Part shown: positions 48,613 to 60,056 of the stretch, in pieces
How the letters are laid out: each line of letters starts with the position of its first letter
Position numbering within the stretch: the stretch's first letter is position 1
Assembly: GCA_038087875.1 (NCBI GenBank)
Contig: JAXLNO010000073.1
Location: 124,001 to 188,000 of the forward strand
Length of the DNA: 64,000 nucleotides
Origin: Malacoraja senta
Taxonomy: Eukaryota
Direction of reading: 5' to 3'
Program-made: the position numbers and the translations under genes
Notes under the pieces: model-generated
What the model saw: the letters and a program-made list of their open reading frames with translations, nothing else
Database searches by the model: none
What the model was told of the DNA's origin: nothing

Positions 48613-50144
48613 ATTACATAAATAAATTGGTATTTACGAATATTGTAATTAGCATACACTAGGAATTTGAAATCGATTATTTCGGAATTGGTGTTTCATA
48701 GATATGTTTTTTGTTAACAACAATGCATTTCCAAAGAGTGTAATTATTTTGGTCAAGAACTTTAATTACTGATTTTCAGTTTGAGTTCTCTTGGAAAAGC
48801 TTGCTTTGATGTATTCCCGGTGTTTGTATTGTTAAATGTAAATAAACAGGCAGGTTTCCTCTCTCCAAGAATGCAATTATTTATTGTGCTTGAAATTCAG
48901 CATGTGTCAGGTGAGAACCAAATGCGGGTCCATGCAATATACAACGCGTGTCGATTTCGTCCGATCCAAAATGCTTTTAAGGTAATTATTCTTATATAAA
49001 AAAAGATAAATTGAAAGAGCCTGGACAGCAACTAATCCCAAGGATAAGTGATTTATGAGTTGTGCACTATGTGCCCATCAGCGCATGGCAATAGTAGACA
49101 CACTATTCTCCATTTCAGACAAGCAGCGAGTGGAATATATTGTATGTACCGTGTGGTAGGCAATGTTGGGATAGTATTTAAGTGATTTGCAAGTGGATCA
49201 TTTAACAGTAAGGAAATAAAACACGGTAATCTGAACCTGCCCCAATTGATAACAGAGAAATGTATAAAACAGTATTGGGTATATTTAATTACGGGAACAA
49301 TTCTGTGGAAAGTTAATTTGAATTGGCAAAACCTCCGCAGGGTCTCTCCAGGGTGAACGAAACGCGAATTCAGCGCACTATGGCGAGAGCACACTTGGGA
49401 ATTTACAAATATCAAATACGCCCGATAAAATCTCAAGCTCTGGGCTCACAAATCTGCCGAAACCCTTCCATTTGTGCTGTAATATTGAATAAAGTTGCTC
49501 TACGTCAAAAGTAACATAAAACCATGGACGCAATGAGGCCAGTTGCATACTGTTCAACTGAGTAATGTCCTGTGGTGGCTGGGGTGCATTGATGTGCTCA
49601 AGCTCTCGCCTGCGTCACATGCCGTTATAAGTCTTAGAAGCCATCACACTGAGTGGGACCATAATTTTACAACCTCTCCATAATACAGTGCGGCTCCTAG
49701 AAGCAGGTAAGTTCATGGCAGTATCCAACAGTTGATGTGCAGATGGGCGAGTGTGCATTGCCTGTTTACATATATATGCAGGTAAATTTCACTGGACCTT
49801 GCCCTTGTCTCTAAATTAAAGGTGCTGTTTCGTAAATTTTGAACACTTTATCCGCTGGGTGGAGGCATTCCCATGCAGTAGCCTAGTTGAAAACGTGCCA
49901 TGGATCCTAGAAAAATAAACATTACCGGGATGGGGGAGTCCCTCTTCATTTAGACTCCAACCGAGGAATGAATTTTGCAGGGGACGGAAGCTTGTCTCTT
50001 GTTTGGCTGAAACGGCAACTTCACATTCACCACCACCCACAGCGTTCTTGATTAGCGGAGGGAATTAACAGGACATTTAAGAATAGTATAATTAAAGTCT
50101 TGACCCACATGAGAAAGGGATATGTTCAGGTATACCTGGCCATT

Positions 50145-50810
50145 GTCATAGACTCATAGTGTGATAGTCATATCGTCGTAGAGCGTGGAATCAGGCCCTT
50201 CGGCCCAACATGTTCAAACCGACAAACATGTCCCATCTACACCAGTGGCCACCTGCCTGCGATTGCCCCATAACGATTTAAACCTATCCTATCTGTACTT
50301 GTCCAAATGTCTCATAAACTTTATGATAGTACCTGGCTCCACGACTTCCTACGGAAGCACATTTAATATATTCATAACCCTTTGAATATAAAAGTTACCC
50401 CTCAGGTTTCCATTGAATTTCTCCCCCTTATGTTTTCTGGTTCTCGATTACACTCCGCTGTATAAAATCACAAGAGAAAATAGATCGGGTAGGTGCACAA
50501 AGTCTCTTGCCCAGAGTAGGGGAATCGAGGACCAGAGGACATAGGTTCAAGTTGAAGGGGGAAAGATTTAATAGAAATCTGAGGAGTAACTTTTTCACAC
50601 AAAGGGTGGTGGGTGTATGGAACGAGATGCCGGAGGAGGTAGTTGAGGCAGGGACTATCCCAACGTTTAAGAAGCAGTTAGACAGGTACATGAATAGGAC
50701 AGGTTTGGAGGGATATGGGCCAAACGTAGGCAGGTGGGACTAGTGTAGGTGGGACATGTTGGCCGGTGTGGCCAAGTTGGGCTGAAGGGCCTGTTTCTAC
50801 ACTGTATCAC
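50145..50810. mobile_element. Two CR1 3' fragments joined in opposite orientation
   Basis: A minus copy at 50145-50450 and a plus copy at 50455-50810 (ESRTRGHRFKL..TQRVVGVWNE). Confidence 0.75.
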
Positions 50811-50869
50811 TCGTTTACTATATATGCAGTTCAGAGCTTATTTGGAGGTTGTAGTGTTTAATACCTTAC

Positions 50870-52720
50870 GAAAGACAGCCGTAAATGGGACGGAAAGTTC
50901 AAGAAGGGATAAGAGAGTAAGGTCAGGTGAAATAGGACCCAATGTGCGAGGGGTGGTGAATACCGAAGTAGAAGTGTTATATATGAATGCGCGAATTATA
51001 AGAAATAAAGAGGATGAGCTTGAGGCTCAGTTAGAAATTGGTAAGTACGATGTTGTGGGATCAAGGGATATAGGGTGAAGGCAGAAACGAGGTACTGATT
51101 GTGGAGGATTAGCCATGATCACAGTGAATGGCGGTCCTGACTCGAAGGGTTGAATGGCGTACTCCTGCACCTAATGTCTATTGTCTATTTTATATTTAAT
51201 TATAGAGACATGACTGCGAGGATCTAGGCTGGGAACTGAATATTCAGGGGTATACGTCCTATCGAAAAGACAGACAATGGGGCAGAAGCGGTGGGGTGGG
51301 TCTGTTGGTAAACTATGAAATGTTGTCCCTTCAGATGGGTCACATAGAATTAGAATTGGTCATTGTGAATAGAACTGAGAAATTGTAAGTGTAAATATAC
51401 CCTAATGGACTTCTGCAAGTCTCCAAACTGTAGTCTAGAGAAGGGTGCAAGTTGCATCAGGAGTTTAAATTATAATTTAACAAAGGTAATGACACGGTGG
51501 TTATGGGACGTTTTAACATGCAGGTAGACTGGGAAAATCACGTTGGTACTGGACCCCAAGAAAAGGAGTTTGTAGAGTGCCTCCGAGATGGATTCATAGA
51601 GCAGCTTGCACTGGAGCCTACCAGCGAGAAGGAAATTCTGAATGTATTGTTGTGCAGTGAACCGGATTTCATAAGGGAACACAAGGTAAAGGGTCTATTA
51701 GGAGGTAGTGACCATAATATGATACGTTTTAACCTGCAATTTGAGAGAGAGAAGGTAAAATCGGAAGTGTTGGTATTGACGTTGAATGCACGGGACAATG
51801 AACGCATGAGGGAGGATCAGGACCGGTATGAGTCAACATGGATTTACGAAGGGGAAATCATACTTGACAAATCTTCTGGAATTTTTGGACGATGTAACAA
51901 GTGAAAATGGACAAGGGAGAGCCAGTGGATGTAGTGCACCTGGACTTTAAGAAAACCTTTGATAAGGTCCCACACAGGAGATTAGTGGGCAACATTAGAG
52001 CACATGGTATTAGGGGTAGAGTATTGACATGGATAGACAATTGGTTGGTAGACAGGAAACAACGAGTCGGGATTCACGTGTCCCTTTCAGAATGGCATGC
52101 AATGACTAGTGGGTTCCCGCAAGGCTCCCGCAAGCCGCTGGGACCGCAGCTATTTACCACATACATTAACGATATAGACGAGGGAATTAAAAGTAACATC
52201 AGCAAATTTGCAGATGACACAAAGCTGGGTGGCAATGTGAACTGTGAAGAGGATGCTATGAGGATGCAGGGTGACTTGGACAGGTTGGGTGGGTGGGCAG
52301 ATGTTTGGCAGATGCAATATAATGTGGATAAATGTGAGGTTATCCACTCTTGTAGCAAAAACAGGAAGGTAGATTATTATCTGAACAACGTGACCTGTGT
52401 GTCCTAGTACATCAGTCACTGAAAGTAAAGGCAGCGAAGAAAGCTGTTGGTATTATGATTTCATAACGAGAAGAGTTGAGTATAGGAGCAAAGAGGTCCT
52501 TCTGCAGTCGTACATGGCCTTGGTGAGACCACACCTGGAGTATTGTGTGCAGTTTTGGTCTCCTAATTTGAGGAATTATATTCTTGCTATCGAGGGATTG
52601 CAGCATAGGTTCACAAGGTTAATTACCGGGATGGCGGGAATGTCATGTGATGAAAGATCGGAACGACTGGGCTTGTATTCACTTGAATTTAGAAGGATGA
52701 CAGGGGATCTTATGGAAACA
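50870..52720 (+). mobile_element. Internally deleted CR1 ORF2
   Basis: Encodes [30 protein letters not shown] and LGLYSLEFRRM. Confidence 0.88.
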
Positions 52721-52724
52721 TTTT

Positions 52725-53334
52725 CTATCTTCTATCTATTTTATATTATATTATTTATATATACTATTACTAAAACTCTCATCTTGTCCTCTTCCGGTTT
52801 GCGTTTTTTTTTATTTGTGCAAAAACTGTAACGTATATCGCTAGGATTTTTTCACCGCCTTACTCACCGTTCTCCTCTGCTCCAAGTGCACCAAGTTTTG
52901 TTCCATTCGGTTGAAGGTTTGAAAAATCGTGAGATTAGCAATTGGTCTTCTCGCCTGTCATTCACCATGACGGTAACGCCTCTTCCGGCACCCGCGGAGA
53001 AGAACGTCCCGGAGACGGGGCTGCGTCCGTGAGCAGCATGCGACAAGAGCGCAGCGAGCGGGCCGAGAGACACGAGCAGCGAGCAGCGTGCGGGCTGCTT
53101 TTGCGGCGACCAGCACGACGAGACGGGAGCTCCTAAATTGAACCGGAAGCCTCTGAGTGACGTCGGAGTGGGACCGGCAGCTGCTGCATGAGGCCCAAAT
53201 CTGGGTGAGCACAGTGCGAGATGCGTCTGATGCGACAACTCCCCCCCTTCCCACACACCCCCTTCCCCCTCCCCACCACACCACCACTTCCCCAACCACC
53301 CCCTTCCCCCACAACCACCCTTCCCCACACATCC
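52725..53334. mobile_element. Unclassified non-coding repeat, possibly Helitron-like
   Basis: AT-rich start (tatactattactaaaactctc) followed by a CpG-rich body and a C-rich tract. It may continue at 55680-55811 after the CR1 insertion. Confidence 0.3.
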
Positions 53335-55680
53335 CCAGGGCCAGATAGGCTTCATCCCAGAGTGCTTAAGGAAGTAGCCCCAGAAATAGTGGATGCATTA
53401 GTGATAATTTTTCCAAACTCTTTAGATTCTGGAGTAGTTCCTGAGGATTGGAGGATAGTAATGTAACCCCACTTTTTAAAAAGGGAGGGAGAGAGAAAAA
53501 CATGGAATTACAGACCAGTTAGTCTAACATCGGTAGTGGGGAAAATGCTAGAGTCAGTTACTAAAGGGGATAGCAGCACATTTGGAAAGTGGTGACTTCA
53601 TTGGACAAAGTCAGCATGGATTTATGAAAGGTATATCATGTCTGACGAATCTTATAGAATTTTTCGAGGATGTAACTAGTAGAGTGGATAAGGGAGAACC
53701 AGTGGATGTGTTATATCTGGACTTTCAGAAGGCTTTCGACAAAGTCCCAAGTAAGAATTAGTATGCAAACTTGAAGCACACGGTATTGGGGGTTCAGTAT
53801 TGATGTGGATAGAGAACTGGCTGGCAGACAGGAAGCAAAGAGTAGGAGTAAACGGGTCCTTTTCAGAATGGCAGCATTGACTAGTGGGGTACCGCAAGGC
53901 TCAGTGCTGGGACCCCAGCTATTTACAATATATATTAATGATTTGGACGAAGGAATTGAATGCAACATCGCCAAGTTTACGGATGACACGAAGCTGGGGG
54001 GGCGGTGTTAGCTGTGAGGAGGATGCTAGGAGGCTGCAAGGTGACTTGGATAGGTTGGGTGAGTGTTCAAATGCATGGCAGATGCAGTATAATGTGGATA
54101 AATGTGAGGTTATCCAATTTGGTGGCAAGAACAGGAAAGTAGATTATTATCAGAATAGTGCCCGATTAGGAAAAAGGGAGATGCAACGAGACCTGGGTGT
54201 CATGGTACACCTGTCATTGAAAGTAGGCATGCAGGTGCAGCAGGCAGTGAAGAAAGCGAATGGTATGTTAGCATTCATAGCAAAAGGATTTGAGTATAGG
54301 AGCAGGGAGGTTCTATTGCAGTTGTACAGGGCCTTGGTGAGACCACACCTGGAGCATTGCGTACAGTTTTGGTCTCCTAATGTGAAGAAAGACATTCTTG
54401 CCATAGAGGGAGTACAGAGAAGGTTCACGAGACTGATTCCTGGGATGGCAGGACATTCATAATAATAATAATAATAGATGTTATTTATATAGCGCTTTTC
54501 AGGACTCAGTCGCTTTACAATTGAGAGTCAGGAATAAACAAAACAAAATAGAGCAGTAAGACAGAGGGGAGGGGAACATGGGACTAAGGGTATGAGATGG
54601 GTGAAGAGATGGGTCTTGACGCGGGACTGGAAGATGGTGAGGGACTCAGAATTTCGGACCGGTTGTGGGAGGGAATTCCAGAGCCTGGGAGCTACCCTGG
54701 AGAAGGCTCTGCCTCCAAAAGTGCAGAGGTTTGATTTCGGAGTGGAGAGGAGACCAGCTGATGTGGATCTGAGGGACCGTGAGGGTTGGTAGGGGAGAGG
54801 AGGTCAATGAGATAAGGGGGGGCAGGTTGTTGAGGGCTTTGTAGGTGAGGACCAGGATTTTGTAGATGATCCGGTGGGAAATGGGAAGCCAATGAAGTTC
54901 TTTGAGAACTGGGATGATGTGGTGCCAGGATTTGGTGTGGGTAATGAGTCGAGCGGCTTTATTTTGGACCAGTTGGAGTCGTTTGATGCTGCTGGAATTG
55001 ATTCCGAAAAGAAGAGAGTTACAGTAGTCCAGTCTGGAGGAGATGAAGGCATGGATGAGTCTTTCAGCAGCGGGGAGTGTGAGAGACGATCTGATTTTTG
55101 CAATGTTGCGGAGGTGAAAAAATGATGTTTTGACAACATGGAGGATGTGAGGCTCAAGGGAGAGGGTTGAGTCGAGGATCACGCCAAGGTTGCGTGCCTG
55201 AGGAGATGGGGAGACAGTGGTGCCGTCGATAGTGAGAGTGGGTAGACTCGGCTTGTACTCGCTAGACTTTACAATATTGAGGGGGGGATCTTATAGAAAC
55301 TTACAAAATTCTTAAGGGGTTGGACAGGCTAGATGCAGGAAGATTGTTCCCGATGTTGGGGAAGTCCAGAACACGGGGTTACAGTTTAAGGATAAGGGGG
55401 AAGTATTTTAGGACCGAGATGAGAACAGAAATTTACACACAGAGAGTGGTGAATCTGTGCAATTCTCTGCCACAGAAGGTAGTTGAGGCCAGTTCATTGG
55501 CTATATTTAAGAGGGAGTTAGATGTGGCCCTTGTGGCTAAAGGGATCAGGGGGTATGGAGAGAAGGCAAGTACAGGATACTGAGTTGGATGATCAGCCAT
55601 GATCATATTGAATGGCGGTGCAGGCTCGAAGGGCCGAATGGCCTACTCCTGCACCTATTTTCTATGTTTCTATGTTTCTA
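53335..55680 (+). mobile_element. CR1 LINE RT and 3' end, split by L2
   Basis: Encodes [25 protein letters not shown] and KFTDD, with a (CTATGTTT)n tail at ~55660-55682. Confidence 0.92.
54460..55240 (-). mobile_element. 5'-truncated L2 LINE (second subfamily)
   Basis: ORF 54646-55182 reads FFHLRNIAKIR..HAFISSRLDYCN..LHWLP, with a (TTA)n tail. Confidence 0.9.
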
Positions 55681-55811
55681 TGAACTGTGTGTGGTGTTTT
55701 ATGTGGTTTTATGATGTTTTTATGGTGGTATCACCCTGCTTGAATTGGTACGAAACTGCATTTGAATGTGGTGGCCTTGCACCCTGCATGAAATGGTATG
55801 AAACTGCATTT

Positions 55812-56239
55812 TGTAGGGGTTCAGTTCCCTTTGCTCCACTTCGGGCCTAACTGCCCGAGTGATTCTCTCCCTTGTCGGTGGGTCAAACGGCCACCCCGGC
55901 CACCACTCCAGTCGAGCGGTTCCCAAGAGAGAGAATACAAAAAAAGGGAGAGTGGGCGTTTCGAGGCGCCCGGATTCCCCTGGGTGCTAGATATCGGAAT
56001 TATGGTGGGATATGATAAAAGGTTGATTTGTCCAGAGCGTGCTAATGAGTGTAAACAGAAACCAAGACGGACTCAAAGCGAGTCTTGAATTTACAGGCTT
56101 TATTAAACAAATCAAAAATCGCATCTCACCAATACTACATAACACATGACTAAACTTATGCTTTAAACTAAGACTATGGAAAGAAAATTATCGGGCATGT
56201 CGTAAAAACTTACTTTACACAATTTTAATCACAAATACA
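55812..56239 (-). repeat. 3' LTR (~428 bp)
   Basis: Starts TGTA immediately after the purine tract and ends TACA. AATAAA lies at 56104-56099. The 5' LTR is outside the window, so the distal boundary is inferred. Confidence 0.7.
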
Positions 56240-56260
56240 CCCCCTTTCCCCTTCTTCTCT
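56240..56260 (-). other. Polypurine tract
   Basis: agagaagaaggggaaaggggg lies directly 5' of the LTR TG. Confidence 0.8.
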
Positions 56261-57221
56261 CAACCTCTATCCTATTTCGGGAACTTCACCAGGTCGTCTG
56301 GGGTACTTACAGCAAGATCGATGCAGGGTCAGGAGCCGTCCAACAGAGAAAAAAGAAGACAGCCCCCCCCCCCCCTCCTTTGCTTGCCTGCTCCTTTTTA
56401 TACTCGAGAGTTTCTCCCTTGAAAACTCCCAGGTGATCCTCTGGACAAAAGGGTCTTTCGATGAATGCCAGTTTCGATCTTGCATGAACAATAGGCTTCC
56501 GATAATAGTAAGTTTGCTGATGTCACGATGCATCGGCCTAATCGTTATCCCATCAACTGGATGGGCTCCCATTGTCCAGATGGATGGGCCATTTACGAAG
56601 GTGATTGTCTTGCTGCTGGGCTATTTACCCCCGTCTGCTGGGCTCGGTTCCTTCCTTTGTCTTTCCAAGATAATCTCGTTATCCCTGTCCAGGCCTTTCC
56701 TGTTCTCACCACTCGCATAGTCATGTGGCTGCCCAGGCCCACAGACAGGCTTTGAACTTGTTCTTCCTTTGTGATCCCTTGGGGGTTTTCTTTTGCAGCC
56801 AGCATGTCCTTTTTAAAAATGCCCAGGTCATTATCCCCGAGTTCTTCCATAATTTTGGAGGATTTGCCCCAATAACTTACATGCCCCTACGATACGTCCA
56901 GGCTTTCACGGACCGTATCGATTGACAAAGTTAGTGGGCAACTCCTCCAGCCTCAAGAGCTGTAAACACTCCTGTCGAGATTGTGAAATTATTTACCACG
57001 AAAGGCTCCTTAATTGCTAAACTAGACCCTCGAAGCACATTAACTTACACTATACACCTTTTACTTTAAATCAATCCCACAAACCATACAGTACCATCAC
57101 GACCGTTCCCTGAAAATGCAGGGAACACAACATATGTACGAAAACCATTGCAATAGAGTACAGATATTTTACAGTGACGAGGTGTCGTTGTAGCTGCGTC
57201 GGGAGGCTCGATTACCAACTG

Positions 57222-59508
57222 TTATAATTTGGCCATCCTCCTCCGCCTTTTTAATTTGCAATTAATACATAGCAAATACACAACAATTATCGTCTGGCAG
57301 ATGATCAGAACATGGGACACGATGGGGACCCATACTGGAACTACGATCCAGGACTCCATGTCCCACCAACTTGGAGACTTGATCTCTTCAATCTCCCTAG
57401 CGATATCCAGTGTCTTTTGTTCCAGGGAGAAGAAGTGTTTGTACGACAACTCCACCGCCGCCAGCAACTCTTTTAATTTTTCCATCACTGGGGAATATCA
57501 TACCCGAAATGGGCCACATAGTTAGATAAGTCCGTTACGTTTTCTCGTACGGAGAGGTGAACCGAAGAAGGTTCCGGGATGGGTACTATTCGCTGCTGTG
57601 CCACATTGACCTCTGCCCTGGGTTTAAAACACAAGCTGCTGTGCGGTATCGGGCATCACAGCTGTCATCCGTGCTGATACCGCTGGGTACTTGTGGTGAC
57701 AAAGTACGTCCCACTGCCTATGTACGCCACCTGTGGAGGGACATGGTCTGCCGCCATCGCCTCCATGGTACAGTTTATAGGCTGTGCCCCAACAGTCCTG
57801 AACCCACACTGAGGCCTAGCCTCGGCGCCCATGTGCTGGGGACACAGGATTACCTGTGCTCCCCGGCTCCGACAACCCAAAAGGTCAATGCCTGTTACAG
57901 CTTGCTCCCTCACTATGACATAGGGCGGGACCTTCCAGTAGCGAATATGCACCCCCCAAGAACAACTCCCACGTTCTCCACTCGGTACAGAGGAGCTGGT
58001 CGTGCCGAGGTTCCCATCACCGGGATTCTTACGACCACTCCCATTATGGTGTGATTGGACTTCCGCAACCCACCGGTACCGGGTAGGACTCGGAGGCCAC
58101 ACGAAGCTGACAAGGATTCAAAGTGTTGTTATAAGGGTATAGCGCTGCTAGGGCTGCTAGACCCGACCTTGCCTCAGGTCTTCCAGGTTGCTCCTCCCCT
58201 CCCCCAACAACCACGCACCATACCTTTCTGTGCAGCCTGATCGGACGCATTCCGGTCCTCTTTATTCAAAGCGTTTATCGTTTTTACATGTGTCTCCAAT
58301 TGTGCTATGATTTCTTTTAGATGTAGAGTCATTGCCACCTCTTCGTGCAGCCCAGATCCTAACACCGCATTTTCCTCCCCCAGAACCTTTCGTAACTGGC
58401 CCTTCAACTGATTGATCTGCTGGGCCAGTTCTACGTTGTCCATGCTATTAGTAATGGACGTCCCTGTGTTAAATGCTGTAAACCCGTCGTTAACCTCGGC
58501 TTTGCCTACCGGACCCCATAGTGAAATCCCCTCCCCCGCGGTACATCTCTTCTATGTCTATGTCCCCGAAATCCAGGTTGTGGAATTTCTGGAACATGTC
58601 TTTTAACAGGGCCTGATATAATAATTCCGTCTCGCGGGGGCACCATGCGGGGAACCACACTTCAGTCAAATTTAATACTACTGAGGCCACAGCGTAATGC
58701 ACTCCCTGGTACAGTACCTTCTTGGTTGGGACAAGCGCTAACCCATTCTCCGACCCTTTGGTGGTGGTTGGACAGTTGTGAGGGTCGATCGGTTGGGCTG
58801 TGGGTAGGGGCTTCTTCACCTGAACCAGCAGTTCGGTGGCTTTTACCGTCTCCCAGTCCTGGGGGCCACACATGCCTGCCCACTGCGGTCCCAATCTATC
58901 CCGTTCCCGGGTTCGTGCCAACACCTGACGAAGGTGATCGATGCCCCTAGCGGACACACCTTGGCAGACCCCCATAGACATAAATAAAGCCCCTGGTCAT
59001 ATGCCCACCATTTGTCCCAACATACAGTGATCCCTCCCGGGGACCCCGTGATGGTCCGGTAGGTATCATTGTCCAGTCTTTCCCAGTCTGAGGACCGATC
59101 CCTCATGTCCGATCCCAGCTTCCTGAGCCACCACCATCTTCCCAAAGGAACGTCGCCCTTACAGGTTAAACACACTCGCCTGCCCTCAGTCAACCTAACC
59201 CGGTCGGTAGCCACCTGTATCTCGGCACAGGGTACGGATGCTTCCCCGTGGGCGAAGCTCCTGTGGCTGGATAACCTGGTCGAGTTCGACCGCAGCCACC
59301 CAGGCCATCTCCCCTCATGGGAGTATCCGGCCTGGCTATCCGCTACCGGGTTTCCTTGCGCAGTACACACGAGGGGTGCTCTGCCCCCAGAGCACCCGTA
59401 TACGATGGGCTCCTCCGTGTCCCCGCGACGCGCCACGCACATCCGGAGGCACATTGTTGCCATCATCAATACAGCGGGGCTACCCTTCAGGAAAACAAAG
59501 CAAAACAC
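57222..59508 (-). pseudogene. env: env-like class I fusion glycoprotein with N-terminal Ig-like domain (frameshifted)
   Basis: Signal-like N-terminus, Ig-like motif, R-Q-S-R cleavage site at ~58500, then VNDGFTAFNTGTSITNSMD. A heptad repeat (ELAQQINQLKGQLRKVL), Cys-rich region, second heptad, TM (IVSHVLIICQTIIVVYLLC) and basic tail follow. Confidence 0.8.
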
Positions 59509-60056
59509 CTCCTTGCCTCCACATCGCTATCCGCCTCCCTGCACTCAATCACACCCAAGGAAGAGTGGCCACCCGGCCGACGGTAGCGGCTACCGTCCTA
59601 ATAATGGCATTCGGTGTTCTGTCTTTGTCTGTTGTGGTCTACTTTTCCACAGCCCCTCCCTTCGATGCAGCCGACGTTCCCGTACTGTCCGTCCCTGTAC
59701 TCCCCTGTATCTATACAAAACCCTATATCTTATTACCAAACGCTAACTACATCTACTCACACAGAAACCAATGCTATATACAACGCCACCCGTCTCTGGG
59801 TGGCCAACTCATAACTGGTCCCCGTCACGCTGGGGTCAACCCTATGGTGGGCCCACCCGTGCAGGCCAGAACGCCTCCTGTCGAGGGGACTGACTGCCCC
59901 TCACCCCCCTTTGCACTATGGGGTATCGAGATACCCCTACGTTCCCTGCGGAGACTGGGCTCCCTCCAGCCGCACTCCGTAGTGCCCTGTTTCGGCCACT
60001 CTCCTCCCCGGCCTCCTGTGGCCGGCCCTAGTCCTAGGTTTAATTAGGGATGGGAG

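Noticed and set aside
59069..60047. Plus-strand ORFs of 225 and 269 aa antisense to env
   Set aside because: No motifs are recognisable. They are probably shadows of GC-rich viral sequence, although an antisense gene cannot be fully excluded.
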